Notes under the pieces: generated by a model | The model's database searches: none | Seen by the model: only the letters and a program-made list of their open reading frames with translations | Told to the model about the DNA's origin: nothing | Assembly (NCBI GenBank): GCA_026625185.1 | Contig: CP113000.1 | Location: 60,001 to 92,000 of the forward strand | Source: Thermodesulfobacteriota bacterium | GTDB taxonomy: Bacteria > Desulfobacterota > WTBG01 > JAGOGO01 | Direction of reading: 5' to 3' | DNA length: 32,000 nt | Made by a program: the position numbers and the translations under genes | Shown: positions 1-10,554 of the stretch, piece by piece | Numbering within the stretch: position 1 is the stretch's first letter | Layout: each line of letters starts with the position of its first letter

Positions 1-889
1 AGTTTTTCGTCTTAAGCATGTCCGCTTCAGTCTTTTGTACCAGTTCGCCGATATAGCGAATATTAGCATTTCTTAAACAATTAACAGCACGCACCGAAAG
101 TTCCAGTTCGTTAATGGTTTTATAAAGATTTTCGTTAACCTTTGGTCTTTCTTCCCTTAACTCAACCTCATGAACTTCTTCTTCCTCTTCTTCAAAATTT
201 ATAAAGACACTTAATTGGTCCTGTAAAATTCGAGCAGCAATGGCCACCGCATCTTCTGGACACACACTCCCATCGGTCCAAACCTCTAAAATCAACTTTT
301 CGTAATCAGTCCGCTGCCCAACGCGAGCATTTAGGACTGTATAATTTACTTTCTTAATCGGAGTATAAATAGCGTCAATCGGAATCGTACCAATCGGCTG
401 GCCATCGGTCTGAGCTTTTTCAGCCGGAACATAGCCCCGCCCCATTTTAACGATCATTTCCATATTGAGTTCGGCATCCTTGGACAGGCTCGCAATATGG
501 AGGTCGGGGTTTAAAACTTCAACATTAGCGTTGGGAACTATATCACTTGCCTTTACTTCTGTTTCACCTTTGACATGAATCCTAATGCTTTCAGGCTTTT
601 GGGTGTTAAGTTTTACCCTAATTTTTTTCAAGTTTAAAATGATGTCCGCCACATCTTCTTTAACCCCCGGTATAGTGGAGAATTCATGGAGAACTTTGTC
701 AATCCGAACAGAAGAAATCGCTGCTCCTTGAAGGGATGAAAGCAAAATTCGTCGCAGAGAATTCCCAATGGTGATCCCAAATCCACGTTCCAAAGGTTCA
801 GCCGTAAATTTCCCGTAAGAAGAAGTGAGGGTTTCTATCTCGGTTTCAATTTTTTTTGGCTTTAATAAATCACGCCAGTTTTTATACAT
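1..889 (-). CDS. rpoA: DNA-directed RNA polymerase alpha subunit, N-terminal ~296 codons (3' end lies outside the window)
   Basis: Hand translation of the reverse strand from ATG (889-887) gives [55 protein letters not shown]..., a canonical RpoA N-terminal domain. The ORF runs off position 1, so it is absent from the ORF track. It follows rpsD, as in the alpha operon. Confidence 0.9.
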   Translation of the reverse strand, partial: MYKNWRDLLKPKKIETEIETLTSSYGKFTAEPLERGFGITIGNSLRRILLSSLQGAAISSVRIDKVLHEFSTIPGVKEDVADIILNLKKIRVKLNTQKPESIRIHVKGETEVKASDIVPNANVEVLNPDLHIASLSKDAELNMEMIVKMGRGYVPAEKAQTDGQPIGTIPIDAIYTPIKKVNYTVLNARVGQRTDYEKLILEVWTDGSVCPEDAVAIAARILQDQLSVFINFEEEEEEVHEVELREERPKVNENLYKTINELELSVRAVNCLRNANIRYIGELVQKTEADMLKTKN

Positions 890-923
890 TGACAACCCCC
901 ATTAAAAAATCTTTTGCCGTTCA

Positions 924-1550
924 TTAACGGGAATAGAGCTCAACAATAAGTTGCTCTTGGACAGGCATGGTTAAATCTTTCCGTTCTGGAAAAGCAATTA
1001 CCTTCCCCCGATAGTTTTCTTTATCCAACTCAAGCCAGGACGGAACACCTAAACGTTCAACCGCCTCAACGGCTTCTTTTATAAGTGGCATCTTTTGGCT
1101 TTTCTCACTGATCTCAACCACATCTCCCGCTTTAACTATATAGGAAGGGATATTAACACGCTTTCCATTCACTAAGACATGGTTGTGACTTACGAGTTGT
1201 CGGCCTTGGTTTCTTGAATATGCAAAGCCCAAGCGAAAAACGATATTATCCAGTCTCCGTTCCAAAAGAATTAAAAAATTTTCTCCGGTGATCCCCGATT
1301 TTCGCTCTGCCGTCCGAAAACATTTTCGAAACTGTCTTTCCAGTAACCCATACATGCGTTTAACTTTTTGTTTCTCACGAAGCTGATTGCCGTAATCAGA
1401 AAATTTTCCTCTCCGCTGACCGTGTTGTCCAGGAGGATAGTTTCTTCGTTCAAAACCACATTTGTCTGAAAAACAACGATCACCCTTTAGAAAAAGTTTT
1501 TGATCCTCTCGACGGCAAAGTTTGCACACTGCACCACGATATCGTGCCAA
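924..1550 (-). CDS. rpsD: 30S ribosomal protein S4
   Basis: The track ORF 924..1598 contains [27 protein letters not shown]..., the S4 N-terminus. I place the start at TTG 1550-1548, 17 nt after the rpsK stop. The ATG at 1598 would overlap rpsK by 31 nt and add 16 non-S4 residues. Confidence 0.9.
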   Translation of the reverse strand: MARYRGAVCKLCRREDQKLFLKGDRCFSDKCGFERRNYPPGQHGQRRGKFSDYGNQLREKQKVKRMYGLLERQFRKCFRTAERKSGITGENFLILLERRLDNIVFRLGFAYSRNQGRQLVSHNHVLVNGKRVNIPSYIVKAGDVVEISEKSQKMPLIKEAVEAVERLGVPSWLELDKENYRGKVIAFPERKDLTMPVQEQLIVELYSR

Positions 1551-1567
1551 AAAATAAACCCTCCTTC

Positions 1568-1960
1568 CTAAACCCTTCTTCGCTTCGGGGGACGACACCC
1601 ATTATGGGGAATCGGTGTCACATCCCGAATCAGTTTGATGTTAAAACCAATCACCTGCAAAGACCGCAAAGCTGCCTCCCTTCCAGAGCCGGGACCTTTT
1701 ACATAAACCTCAAGATTTTTAACGCCATATTCCTGAACTTTGCGCGCAACCGCTTCAGCTGCCAGCTGTGCCGCAAAAGGAGTGCTTTTTCGCGAACCTT
1801 TAAACCCTTGGCATCCTGAACTCGACCAGGCTAAGGTATTGCCACTCACATCGGTAATAGTGATAATGGTATTATTAAACGTGGATTGGATATGAGCAAT
1901 CGCATCCTGAATGTTTTTTCGTTCTTTTTTCTTTCGCCCTACCCGTTTTGTCGTTGCCAT
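1568..1960 (-). CDS. rpsK: 30S ribosomal protein S11
   Basis: 130 aa. The motif [29 protein letters not shown]...[11 protein letters not shown] is typical of S11, and the gene sits in alpha-operon order. Confidence 0.95.
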   Translation of the reverse strand: MATTKRVGRKKKERKNIQDAIAHIQSTFNNTIITITDVSGNTLAWSSSGCQGFKGSRKSTPFAAQLAAEAVARKVQEYGVKNLEVYVKGPGSGREAALRSLQVIGFNIKLIRDVTPIPHNGCRPPKRRRV

Positions 1961-1969
1961 ATAATCTTC

Positions 1970-2338
1970 CTATTTTTTCTTTTTAATAATTGCTCGCCGG
2001 GGACCTTTGCGAGTCCTAGAATTGGTATGAGTCCGTTGTCCTCTTACCGGCAGCCCTTTCCGGTGACGTAACCCTCGATAACACCCAAGGTCCATCAGTC
2101 TTTTAATATTGGTGGAAATTTCCCTACGTAAATCACCCTCGACTTTATACTTCCGCTCGATGACCTCTCGGATGCGTGCTACTTCCTGATCTTTAAGCGC
2201 TTCCGATTTGGTGTTTAACGTAATCCCCGCCTTTTCTAAAATCTTCCGGGCAGAATCCCTGCCAATGCCATAAATATAGGTAAGGGCAACCTCTATCCTT
2301 TTCCCTCGTGGCAAATCAATTCCCGCAATTCTAGCCAA
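1970..2338 (-). CDS. rpsM: 30S ribosomal protein S13
   Basis: 122 aa beginning [26 protein letters not shown], the canonical S13 N-terminus. Confidence 0.95.
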   Translation of the reverse strand: MARIAGIDLPRGKRIEVALTYIYGIGRDSARKILEKAGITLNTKSEALKDQEVARIREVIERKYKVEGDLRREISTNIKRLMDLGCYRGLRHRKGLPVRGQRTHTNSRTRKGPRRAIIKKKK

Positions 2339-2378
2339 ACTTTATCTCCTCTTAAACGCAAATTAACAAAAGACAGAA

Positions 2379-2492
2379 TCAGCCTTGACGCTGTTTATGA
2401 CGGGGATTTTCGCAGATCACACGAATGACCCGATTGCGCCGGATGATTTTACATTTATCACAGATTTTTTTTACCGAACTCCGCACTTTCAT
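2379..2492 (-). CDS. rpmJ: 50S ribosomal protein L36 (Cys/His zinc-binding form)
   Basis: Too short for the ORF track. Hand translation gives [37 protein letters not shown] (37 aa), lying between infA and rpsM as expected. Confidence 0.9.
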   Translation of the reverse strand: MKVRSSVKKICDKCKIIRRNRVIRVICENPRHKQRQG

Positions 2493-2538
2493 CTTTGTTT
2501 TCCTATCGCGGCTTAAACAACACGCTCTTTTTTTCAGA

Positions 2539-2757
2539 TTATTTGCTTCGAAAAATTATTCGTCCCCGACTAAGATCATAAGGTGATAATTCCACCGCAA
2601 CCTTATCGCCAGGTAATATCTGGATAAAATGCATTCGCATCTTTCCTGATATATGGGCTAAAATTTTATGCCCGTTTTCCAGTTCCACCCGAAACATGGC
2701 ATTGGGAAGAGCTTCTAAAATAGTGCCGTCAACTTGTATGACTTCTTTTTTAGCCAT
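2539..2757 (-). CDS. infA: Translation initiation factor IF-1
   Basis: 72 aa: [68 protein letters not shown], the canonical IF-1 S1-like fold sequence. Confidence 0.95.
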   Translation of the reverse strand: MAKKEVIQVDGTILEALPNAMFRVELENGHKILAHISGKMRMHFIQILPGDKVAVELSPYDLSRGRIIFRSK

Positions 2758-2787
2758 GCTTTTTACGTGTAATTTTTTAAGACGTCC

Positions 2788-2871
2788 TCAATTATTTTTA
2801 AAAATATCTTCGATTTTTCCTGCCTTTTTAATCGTGTTTAAAAGACCTTTCTTATGACAGCAGTCAACCAT
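2788..2871 (-). pseudogene. Possible relic of the adenylate kinase C-terminus (27-codon ORF)
   Basis: Hand translation gives MVDCCHKKGLLNTIKKAGKIEDIFKNN*. It resembles the recalled Adk C-terminal pattern ..YYxKKGxLxxIDGxxxIEEVFxxI. It sits exactly where adk normally lies (after secY) and is preceded by an in-frame TGA. No search was run. Confidence 0.35.
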
Positions 2872-2897
2872 TCATGGTAGGTTTTTTATACTTCGTT

Positions 2898-4211
2898 TTA
2901 CCGTCGTCCTTTAAATTTCTTTCCCTTCATAAACCCATCATAGTGACGAGTGATCAGATGGGACTCCATCTGGGCAATCGTATCAAGCGCAACCCCAACG
3001 ACAATCAGCAAAGCAGTGCCTCCAAAATAAAAAGGCATGTTGAGGTTGTAAATTAAGATCGAAGGTAGCACACAAACCGCTGACAAATACATGGCGCCAC
3101 CAAAAGTAACCCGCGTTAAAACGCGATCAATAAACTCAGCCGTGCGTTTGCCTGGTCTAATGCCCGGTATATACCCGCCGTATTTTTTCATGCCATCTGC
3201 TACATCTATGGGATTAAACGTAACCGCAGTATAAAAATAACAAAAGAATACAATCAAAGCCACATAAACGACCTGATGCAGCATGGTAGCTGGTCCTAAT
3301 GCCTGCAAGACTGACTGTATCCAGGGAACCTTGACAAATTGTTCGATGGTGGCAGGGAACATCATGAGAGAAGATGCAAAAATGGGCGGGATTACTCCCG
3401 CAGTATTGAGCTTGAGAGGAAGATAGGTGCTTCCCCCACCCAATACTTTTCTTCCCACAATCCGTTTAGCATATTGAACCGGAAGCCGCCGCTGGCTCCG
3501 CTCCATAAAAATAATCGCCCCCACCACCGCTACCATAAAAGTCACAACAAAAATTAACAGAAAAAAAGACATCGTCCCTGTTTTTAAATGCTCAATAACC
3601 TGGATCATTGCCACCGGCATGCGAGCCACAATCCCGGCGAAAATAATAAGTGAAATGCCGTTCCCAATTCCCCGTTCGGTAATTTGCTCACCCAACCACA
3701 TAATAAAAGCAGTGCCCGCTGCCAGGGTTATTACGGTCATAATTCTAAATGACCAACCGGAAGCCAAAACAACCGGAGCACCTCCGGGCGCAGTCATCCG
3801 CTCAAGTGCGATAGCAAGGCCAAAACCCTGAACGATCGTGATAATGACGCTCCCATAACGGGTATATTTCGTAATCTGTTTTCTGCCTGCCTCGCCTTCC
3901 TTGGAAAGTTTTTCTAAATAAGGAACCACCACCGTAAGTAGCTGAAGAATAATCGACGCAGTGATATACGGCATAATCCCCAACGCAAAAACCGAAAACT
4001 CATGTAATGCTCCCCCGCCAAACATATCCATCATCGCAAAAAGGGTTCCCTTGGCTGCCTGCTCATCAAAAATATGCTTTAGTGCTATTCCATCAATCCC
4101 CGGCGTGGGCACATGAACTCCGATCCGATAAACTAGCAGCAACAAAAAGGTAACAAGTAAACGACGCTTTAATTCAGGAATTTTGGGGATATTCTGAAAA
4201 CCCGTAAACAT
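2898..4211 (-). CDS. secY: Preprotein translocase subunit SecY
   Basis: 437 aa polytopic membrane protein with the SecY signatures IPELKRRLLVTFLLLLVYRIG..VPTPGID and GIMPYITASII. It follows rplO. Confidence 0.95.
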   Translation of the reverse strand: MFTGFQNIPKIPELKRRLLVTFLLLLVYRIGVHVPTPGIDGIALKHIFDEQAAKGTLFAMMDMFGGGALHEFSVFALGIMPYITASIILQLLTVVVPYLEKLSKEGEAGRKQITKYTRYGSVIITIVQGFGLAIALERMTAPGGAPVVLASGWSFRIMTVITLAAGTAFIMWLGEQITERGIGNGISLIIFAGIVARMPVAMIQVIEHLKTGTMSFFLLIFVVTFMVAVVGAIIFMERSQRRLPVQYAKRIVGRKVLGGGSTYLPLKLNTAGVIPPIFASSLMMFPATIEQFVKVPWIQSVLQALGPATMLHQVVYVALIVFFCYFYTAVTFNPIDVADGMKKYGGYIPGIRPGKRTAEFIDRVLTRVTFGGAMYLSAVCVLPSILIYNLNMPFYFGGTALLIVVGVALDTIAQMESHLITRHYDGFMKGKKFKGRR

Positions 4212-4213
4212 TG

Positions 4214-4654
4214 TTAGAGAACCTCGACCTTCCCTCCCACGCGTTCGATTTTCTCTTTTGCTTGACTACTGACGCGGTGTGCTTTAACAATAAAAGGTTT
4301 CGTGATCTCACCTTTCCCCAGAATTTTAACGCCATCCTGGAGCTTTTTAATTAACCCCTCTTTGATCATCAATGAGGGATCAATGACCACATCTTTGTCA
4401 AATCTCTCCAAGTCTTTAACATTTATCAAAGCAAAGTGCTTTTTAAAAGGGTTATGAAACCCTTTTTTGGGAAGCCTCCTTTTTAGGGGCATCTGTCCCC
4501 CTTCGAAACCTCCGCTTTTTCCGCCACCCGACCGGGCCTTCTGCCCTTTAGCGCCCTTTCCCGCCGTTTTGCCGTAGCCGGAACTTTCACCCCGGCCAAC
4601 TCTTTTCTTCCTTCTTCGAGCACCCGTCGGAATTTTAATCTCATGAAGCTTCAT
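4214..4654 (-). CDS. rplO: 50S ribosomal protein L15
   Basis: 146 aa with a Gly/Lys-rich N-terminus (RRRKKRVGRGESSGYGKTAGKGAKGQKARSGGG), typical of L15. spc-operon order. Confidence 0.95.
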   Translation of the reverse strand: MKLHEIKIPTGARRRKKRVGRGESSGYGKTAGKGAKGQKARSGGGKSGGFEGGQMPLKRRLPKKGFHNPFKKHFALINVKDLERFDKDVVIDPSLMIKEGLIKKLQDGVKILGKGEITKPFIVKAHRVSSQAKEKIERVGGKVEVL

Positions 4655-4675
4655 AATCTTAAACGTCTTTCTAAA

Positions 4676-4861
4676 TCAGCCAATTTCTTTGATTTCTACC
4701 AGGTGGGCAACTACCTTCAGCATCCCCTGAACCTCCGGAGTAGCCTTTACCTGTATGTTCTTATGAGTTTTAGTAAGCTTGAGGCCCACTAAAGTTCTCT
4801 GGTGTTTTTTCGGCCTTCCAATAGAACTTTTTTTTAATGTTACTTTCAGTTCTTTTACCAT
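4676..4861 (-). CDS. rpmD: 50S ribosomal protein L30
   Basis: 61 aa: LKVTLKKSSIGRPKKHQRTLVGLKL.K pattern, located between rpsE and rplO. Confidence 0.9.
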   Translation of the reverse strand: MVKELKVTLKKSSIGRPKKHQRTLVGLKLTKTHKNIQVKATPEVQGMLKVVAHLVEIKEIG

Positions 4862-4892
4862 TACCCGTATTTCCAGTGAAATGAAAAAACTA

Positions 4893-5402
4893 TTATTCCG
4901 TTTTACTTAGGAGTTCTTTGCCTAATTTTTTACGCATCTCATCAGGGCTTCTTAATTTAATCAACCCATCTATGGTCGCCTTTACCGCATTGTGAGGGTT
5001 GTGAGACCCCAAACATTTCGTGAGAATGTTGTTGATCCCCGCAGCCTCCACGACTGCCCGCACTCCACCGCCAGCTATAATACCCGTTCCTAGCGAAGCT
5101 GGTTTAAGCAGAACCTTGCCCGCGCCAAAATGCCCGATAATCTCGTGGGGAATCGTCCCATTCATAATGGGAACTAAAACCAGATTTTTTTTTGCCTGTT
5201 CAACCCCTTTACGAATCGCTTCTGGAACTTCATTGGCTTTTCCCAGTCCATACCCGACCATTCCATTCCCATCACCAACAACTATAATTGCACTAAAGCT
5301 GAACCGCCGGCCACCCTTTACTACTTTAGCCACGCGACTTATGTGAACCACTTTGTCAATAAACGTCTTTTCTTCTTTCTCTTTTACGATCATATCCCTC
5401 AC
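4893..5402 (-). CDS. rpsE: 30S ribosomal protein S5
   Basis: 169 aa containing [40 protein letters not shown], the S5 dsRBD core. The start could instead be the ATG three codons downstream. Confidence 0.95.
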   Translation of the reverse strand: MRDMIVKEKEEKTFIDKVVHISRVAKVVKGGRRFSFSAIIVVGDGNGMVGYGLGKANEVPEAIRKGVEQAKKNLVLVPIMNGTIPHEIIGHFGAGKVLLKPASLGTGIIAGGGVRAVVEAAGINNILTKCLGSHNPHNAVKATIDGLIKLRSPDEMRKKLGKELLSKTE

Positions 5403-5408
5403 TTTTTT

Positions 5409-5777
5409 TTAAAATTCCAGCCCACCTTCTCGGGCTGCTTCAGCTAACGCCTTGATGCGCCCATGATATAAAAAACCATTCCGATCGAATATTACCTGTT
5501 TAATCCCTTTAGCGATCGCTCTTCGAGCGAGTAATGCGCCCACTTTTTTTGACGCCTTCATGTTTCCCGTCCCTTCCTTTAAATCAGCATTGAGCTCAGC
5601 GGTAAGGGTAGAGGCAGCAACCAGCGTCTGTCCGGTCTCATCATTGATAATCTGGGAATAAATGTGCTTGGCACTTCGAAAAACACAAAGCCGGGGACGC
5701 GCAACCGCGCCACAAACTTTTTTTCGAATTGATCTTTTTCTTCTTAATCGAGAGATGATTTTTTTTGGTGTTTTCAT
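5409..5777 (-). CDS. rplR: 50S ribosomal protein L18
   Basis: 122 aa containing [31 protein letters not shown] and the C-terminal [26 protein letters not shown]. Confidence 0.95.
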   Translation of the reverse strand: MKTPKKIISRLRRKRSIRKKVCGAVARPRLCVFRSAKHIYSQIINDETGQTLVAASTLTAELNADLKEGTGNMKASKKVGALLARRAIAKGIKQVIFDRNGFLYHGRIKALAEAAREGGLEF

Positions 5778-5804
5778 GGTAATAATCGCAATCCAACGTC
5801 TCTT

Positions 5805-6344
5805 TTATTTTGCTCCGGTCTTGCCGACTTTTCTCCGGACTTTTTCCTCAGCGAACCTAATTCCTTTAGCCTTGTAAGGTTCAACCGGACGAAAGGCTCG
5901 AATTTTTGCTGCCGCATCCCCCACTTTTTGCTTATCGCATCCTTCAACAATAATTCGGTTTTGTTTATCCACGGTAGCCGTGATGCTTGGAGGAAGGGTA
6001 AAATTGATGGAATGAGAATAGCCTAAGGTCAACGTGAGGACATTACCCTTTACTTCCGCACGATATCCGACCCCAGAAATATCCAATATCCTTTCAAAAC
6101 CTTTAGTAACTCCAATAATTAAATTCGCGATCAACGTCCGTGTGAGTCCGTGCAAAGCACGGGTTTTCCGGTTTTCATCGGTTCTTTTCACGATAATATT
6201 CTCGTTGGTAACTTCCACGCTTATTCCAGGCCGCAACATATGCTCCAGACTTCCCTTCGGTCCTGTTACCTTAAGAATACCACTATCTAAACTGATCTTC
6301 ACTCCTGAAAAAACTGGTATGGGTAGCCTGCCAATGCGCGACAC
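5805..6344 (-). CDS. rplF: 50S ribosomal protein L6
   Basis: 179 aa beginning MSRIGRLPIPVFSGVKI..., with YSHSINF and EPYKAKGIRF motifs. Confidence 0.95.
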   Translation of the reverse strand: MSRIGRLPIPVFSGVKISLDSGILKVTGPKGSLEHMLRPGISVEVTNENIIVKRTDENRKTRALHGLTRTLIANLIIGVTKGFERILDISGVGYRAEVKGNVLTLTLGYSHSINFTLPPSITATVDKQNRIIVEGCDKQKVGDAAAKIRAFRPVEPYKAKGIRFAEEKVRRKVGKTGAK

Positions 6345-6357
6345 TTTTCAATCTCCT

Positions 6358-6756
6358 TTACCAAACCGAACAGATGAGTTCTCCACCCACATTCAACTTC
6401 TTGGCATCTTTGTCGGTAATGATTCCCTGTGGGGTAGAAACAATATTAATGCCAAAGCCGTTAAGCACCGGAAGAATCTTTTTGCTCTTTACATAAATTC
6501 TTAAGCCTGGTCTACTTACCCGCTTAATTCCGTTAATAATCCCCCGGTTTTGGGCATCATACTTGAGATATACCCGAAGCGTCCCCTTTTCTTCTTCGCT
6601 TAAGACTTTAAAATTTTTAATATACCCCTCTTGTTTGAGGATTTTAGCAATCTCAAGTTTCTCTTTAGAAAGAGGGATATCTACTTTCTCAAACTTGGCT
6701 TTATTGCCGTTCCGAATTCGGGTAAGCATATCCGCAATCGGGTCAGTCATGCTCAT
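6358..6756 (-). CDS. rpsH: 30S ribosomal protein S8
   Basis: 132 aa beginning [20 protein letters not shown] and ending GGELICSVW. Confidence 0.95.
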   Translation of the reverse strand: MSMTDPIADMLTRIRNGNKAKFEKVDIPLSKEKLEIAKILKQEGYIKNFKVLSEEEKGTLRVYLKYDAQNRGIINGIKRVSRPGLRIYVKSKKILPVLNGFGINIVSTPQGIITDKDAKKLNVGGELICSVW

Positions 6757-6816
6757 ATAAATATTTCCTTATCCAAATAAGGTCATAGGATTCTTGTTTT
6801 TTCCCAAAACTTATTT

Positions 6817-7002
6817 CTACCAGCTCGACTTCATCACACCCGGAAGCTCACCTTTTAAGGACAAAAGACGAAAACAAATCCTGCACATGTCAAATTTCCT
6901 TAAATAGGCGCGCGGTCGTCCGCATAAAGGACACCGGTTATATTTCCGGGCAGAAAACTTGGGAGCACGTTTTGATTTTGCAATAAGAGATTTCTTTGCC
7001 AT
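6817..7002 (-). CDS. rpsN: 30S ribosomal protein S14, short zinc-binding (type Z) form
   Basis: 61 aa containing two CxxC pairs ([22 protein letters not shown]) and ending ..PGVMKSSW. Confidence 0.95.
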   Translation of the reverse strand: MAKKSLIAKSKRAPKFSARKYNRCPLCGRPRAYLRKFDMCRICFRLLSLKGELPGVMKSSW

Positions 7003-7005
7003 CTT

Positions 7006-7554
7006 TTAATCCCGAAAAGGCATACCTAAGTGTTTTAAAAGTGCCTTCCCTTCTTCATCCGACTTGGCACTGGTGACAATAACAATATTCATACCTCTCA
7101 CTTTATCAATTTTATCATAATTGATTTCCGGAAAAATAATTTGCTCCTTGATACCCAGGGCGTAATTTCCTCGCCCGTCAAAAGACTTTCCGGATATACC
7201 GCGAAAATCTTTAACCCGGGGTAACGCCACATTGACTAGCCGGTCGAAAAATTCATACATTCTTTCTTTGCGCAATGTCACCATGCAACCGATAGACATT
7301 CCCTCCCGAAGCTTGAATCCGGCAATCGACTTTCTTGCCTTCGTAATAACCGGTTTTTGTCCCGAAATTGCCAAAAGTTCATTTGCCGCAGAATCAAGCA
7401 CCTTTACATCACTAATCGCTTCCCCTAACCCCATATTGATAATAATCTTTTGGAGCGAAGGAATTTCCATAATGTTTTTATACTGAAATTCTTTTTTCAG
7501 AGAGGGAACAACTTTTTCAAGGTAATATTCTTTTAACCGTGCAGCCAATGACAA
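7006..7554 (-). CDS. rplE: 50S ribosomal protein L5
   Basis: 182 aa with [40 protein letters not shown] and [17 protein letters not shown] motifs. Confidence 0.95.
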   Translation of the reverse strand: MSLAARLKEYYLEKVVPSLKKEFQYKNIMEIPSLQKIIINMGLGEAISDVKVLDSAANELLAISGQKPVITKARKSIAGFKLREGMSIGCMVTLRKERMYEFFDRLVNVALPRVKDFRGISGKSFDGRGNYALGIKEQIIFPEINYDKIDKVRGMNIVIVTSAKSDEEGKALLKHLGMPFRD

Positions 7555-7567
7555 TCTCCCTTTTTAA

Positions 7568-7894
7568 TTAGGAAAGAATTTCACCACATTTTTTACAAAC
7601 TCGGACTTTTTTGCCACTCTCAAGAAACTTCTTTCCAATCCGCGAAGGTTTATTACATTTTGTACATATCAGCATAACATTAGAAATATTGATCGGTCCT
7701 TCCCGCTCAATAATACCTCCCTGGCGTTGCTTAGCACTGGGGCGGGTATGTCGCTTAATGAAATTAACTTTTTCCACGATGACTCGGTTTTTCTTAGAAA
7801 GCACCGATAAAACCTTACCGCTTTTCCCTTTATCTCGTCCCCCAACCACCATAACCAGGTCATTCTTTTTAACATGCAACTTTTTTCTTTCCAT
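7568..7894 (-). CDS. rplX: 50S ribosomal protein L24 (carries CxxC...CxxC in the C-terminal third)
   Basis: 108 aa with the KOW region [21 protein letters not shown]. The C-terminal part reads [29 protein letters not shown]. Confidence 0.95.
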   Translation of the reverse strand: MERKKLHVKKNDLVMVVGGRDKGKSGKVLSVLSKKNRVIVEKVNFIKRHTRPSAKQRQGGIIEREGPINISNVMLICTKCNKPSRIGKKFLESGKKVRVCKKCGEILS

Positions 7895-7905
7895 TTTTAT
7901 CTCTT

Positions 7906-8274
7906 CTATAGGACTTCGGGAGCCAAAGAAATAATCTTCATAAATTTCTTCGCTCTTAACTCTCGGGCAACCGGTCCAAAAATTCGAGTCCCGATCGGTT
8001 CATTTTGCGGATTAATCAAGACAGCCGAATTATCATCAAATTTTATATAGGTCCCATCCTTGCGCCTAACTTCTTTTTTAGTCCGCACAATGACTGCTTT
8101 TGCTACATCTCCCTTTTTGACTTTAGCATTAGGGATCGCTTCTTTAATGGAAACCACAATCACGTCCCCCAGGGAAGCGTACCTTCTGCCCGATCCCCCC
8201 AGGACTTTAATACACATGAGCCTTTTTGCCCCTGAATTATCAGCAACCGTAAGTCTCGTCTGCTGTTGAATCAT
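7906..8274 (-). CDS. rplN: 50S ribosomal protein L14
   Basis: 122 aa beginning [28 protein letters not shown]. Confidence 0.95.
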   Translation of the reverse strand: MIQQQTRLTVADNSGAKRLMCIKVLGGSGRRYASLGDVIVVSIKEAIPNAKVKKGDVAKAVIVRTKKEVRRKDGTYIKFDDNSAVLINPQNEPIGTRIFGPVARELRAKKFMKIISLAPEVL

Positions 8275-8316
8275 GATTCGCCTCGAAACTCCCAGAATTT
8301 AAAAAGGAGAAAGTTT

Positions 8317-8586
8317 TCAAACCGCTTTTTCAATAATTTCTCGAACCCGCCAGTGTTTTTCTTTACTTAAAGGCCTTGACTCGACAATGAGAACCTTATC
8401 ACCGATCCGACAAGCATTCTGTTCGTCATGAGCTTTAAATTTTTTCCGTTTCCGGATAAATTTTTTATACGTCGAATGCTGCATAAGTCGCTCCACTAAA
8501 ACTGTCACGGTCTTATCCATCTTATCACTAATAACAGTCCCAATCAGGGTTTTTTTTCGTCTTTGTGTCTGGTTGTTGTGATCCAT
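8317..8586 (-). CDS. rpsQ: 30S ribosomal protein S17
   Basis: 89 aa containing [57 protein letters not shown]. Confidence 0.95.
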   Translation of the reverse strand: MDHNNQTQRRKKTLIGTVISDKMDKTVTVLVERLMQHSTYKKFIRKRKKFKAHDEQNACRIGDKVLIVESRPLSKEKHWRVREIIEKAV

Positions 8587-8599
8587 GTATCTACCCCTT

Positions 8600-8803
8600 T
8601 TATTTCCCTTGGCCCCTGCGAAGCTCTTGAAAAATCGTTTTTACCCGCGCGATGTCTTTTTTGACTTGTTTGACTCGCATAGTGTTTTCCAGCTGTCCCA
8701 TGGCGGATTGAAATTTAAGGTTAAAAAGTTCCTCCGTAAAATCCTTCTCCTTCTGCAGCATTTCTTCCGGGGACAAATCACGAATTTCTTTAGGCTTCAT
8801 CAC
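8600..8803 (-). CDS. rpmC: 50S ribosomal protein L29
   Basis: 67 aa containing [39 protein letters not shown]. The start overlaps the rplP 3' end by 14 nt, or 11 nt if the second ATG is used. Confidence 0.9.
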   Translation of the reverse strand: MMKPKEIRDLSPEEMLQKEKDFTEELFNLKFQSAMGQLENTMRVKQVKKDIARVKTIFQELRRGQGK

Positions 8804-9212
8804 TATGGCTCCGGCTCAAAAATTTGGTAGCGAGGGGAAGTTTATGAGCTGCTAAACGAAATGCTTCCCGGGCGGTTTCTAAAGAAACCCCTTCCATCTC
8901 ATAAAGAACTCGACCTGGTTTAACCACTGCAACCCATTCTTCAGGGTTACCCTTGCCTTTCCCCATCCTCGTTTCCGCAGGTTTCTTGCATAAAGGTTTA
9001 TCAGGAAAAATCGCAATCCATACCCTCCCACTTCTCTTGACATGACGGGTTAAAGCAATCCTGGCCGCCTCAATCTGACGGCTCGTTATCCAGCCGCATT
9101 CGGTAGCTAAAAGACCAAAATCGCCAAAATGGAGTGCATTACCTCGATAGGCCTTTCCTCTCATACGGCCTTTTTGAACTTTACGGTGTTTTACCTTTTT
9201 CGGGCTTAACAT
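8790..9212 (-). CDS. rplP: 50S ribosomal protein L16
   Basis: 140 aa beginning [24 protein letters not shown]...FGDFGL. Confidence 0.95.
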   Translation of the reverse strand: MLSPKKVKHRKVQKGRMRGKAYRGNALHFGDFGLLATECGWITSRQIEAARIALTRHVKRSGRVWIAIFPDKPLCKKPAETRMGKGKGNPEEWVAVVKPGRVLYEMEGVSLETAREAFRLAAHKLPLATKFLSRSHSDEA

Positions 9213-9216
9213 GAAG

Positions 9217-9876
9217 TTATTTCCTTATCCGCTCTTTCACTGCTTCACTATCTTGACTTACTTCTCCTTTATAAATCCACACCTTGATACCGATGAGCCC
9301 ATACGTAGTCTTTGCTTCAGTAAAACCAAAATCAATGTTGGCTCTAATGGTATGGAGAGGCACTTTTCCTTCCCGGTACCATTCGGTCCGGGCCATTTCT
9401 GCTCCACCCAACCGACCCGAACAGGAGATCCGTATTCCCTGGCCTCCAAATTTCAATGAAGACGTTACACTCCGTTTCATTGCCCGCCGGAACGAAACGC
9501 GTCGCTCCAACTGACTGGCAATGTTTTCCCCCACCAACTGAGCATCAATCTCCGGTTTCCGCACTTCAATAATATTGATAAACACTTCCTGATGGGTCAT
9601 TTTTTGGACTTCATTCTTCAGACTATCAATTTCAGCTCCTTTGCGGCCAATGATGATCCCGGGACGAGCAGTATGGATCGAAATGATTATCTTCGCTCCT
9701 ACCCGCTTAATTTCAATTTTGGACACTCCTGCGTGGTAAAGCTTTTTCTTTAAAAATTTGCGGATATAAATATCCTCTTGCAGGAGTTTACTGTAATCTT
9801 TTTCTGCAAACCAGCTGGAAACCCATGTCTTATTTATCCCCAGCCTAAAGCCTACGGGATGAACTTTCTGTCCCAT
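9217..9876 (-). CDS. rpsC: 30S ribosomal protein S3
   Basis: 219 aa beginning [22 protein letters not shown], with a KH domain and [23 protein letters not shown]. Confidence 0.95.
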   Translation of the reverse strand: MGQKVHPVGFRLGINKTWVSSWFAEKDYSKLLQEDIYIRKFLKKKLYHAGVSKIEIKRVGAKIIISIHTARPGIIIGRKGAEIDSLKNEVQKMTHQEVFINIIEVRKPEIDAQLVGENIASQLERRVSFRRAMKRSVTSSLKFGGQGIRISCSGRLGGAEMARTEWYREGKVPLHTIRANIDFGFTEAKTTYGLIGIKVWIYKGEVSQDSEAVKERIRK

Positions 9877-9896
9877 AAAAATAATTCACCTTTCTA

Positions 9897-10229
9897 TCAA
9901 CTCTCTTCTAATACTACCGTTATATGGCTACTTCTCTTTCTTATCCTTGTGGCGCGTCCCATCGGTCGCGGTCGAAATCTTCGGAGCGTGGGGCCACCGT
10001 CCACAAAAATCTTTTTTATATACAAGGTATCAACATCAATGCTCTCATTTTGTCCTGCGTTAGCAATGCCTGATTTTATGAGCCTCGATACCACGAGAGA
10101 TGCTCTTCGAGGACTAAAGGTTAAAATATCCAGAGCTTCTCCAACCTTTTTACCCCGCACTAGGTCAGCGACATACCTTACTTTACGGGGAGACATTCGG
10201 ATATAACGAGCAACCGTTTGAGTTTCCAT
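9897..10229 (-). CDS. rplV: 50S ribosomal protein L22
   Basis: 110 aa containing [31 protein letters not shown]... Confidence 0.95.
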   Translation of the reverse strand: METQTVARYIRMSPRKVRYVADLVRGKKVGEALDILTFSPRRASLVVSRLIKSGIANAGQNESIDVDTLYIKKIFVDGGPTLRRFRPRPMGRATRIRKRSSHITVVLEES

Positions 10230-10244
10230 GGAATTATTTTGTAC

Positions 10245-10535
10245 TTATGCCTTTGTTTTAACTTTAGTAGCTTTCCGGTCACCTGAGTGGCTATGGAAAG
10301 TCCGGGTGGGAGAAAACTCTCCCAGTTTATGGCCTACCATATCCTCCGTTATAAAAACCGGGATAAACTTTTTGCCGTTATGAACCGCAAAAGTCATCCC
10401 TATAAGTTCCGGAAGAATAGTGGATCGTCGTGACCAGGTTTTGATCACCTTTTTCTTATTGGAAGTCAGGTTTTCTTCCACCTTTTTCCAAAGTTTCAAA
10501 TCAATGAATGGGCCTTTTTTAATGGACCGACTCAT
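10245..10535 (-). CDS. rpsS: 30S ribosomal protein S19
   Basis: 96 aa beginning [12 protein letters not shown], with [46 protein letters not shown]. Confidence 0.95.
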   Translation of the reverse strand: MSRSIKKGPFIDLKLWKKVEENLTSNKKKVIKTWSRRSTILPELIGMTFAVHNGKKFIPVFITEDMVGHKLGEFSPTRTFHSHSGDRKATKVKTKA

Positions 10536-10554
10536 TCTTGGCTCCTCTTACAAT

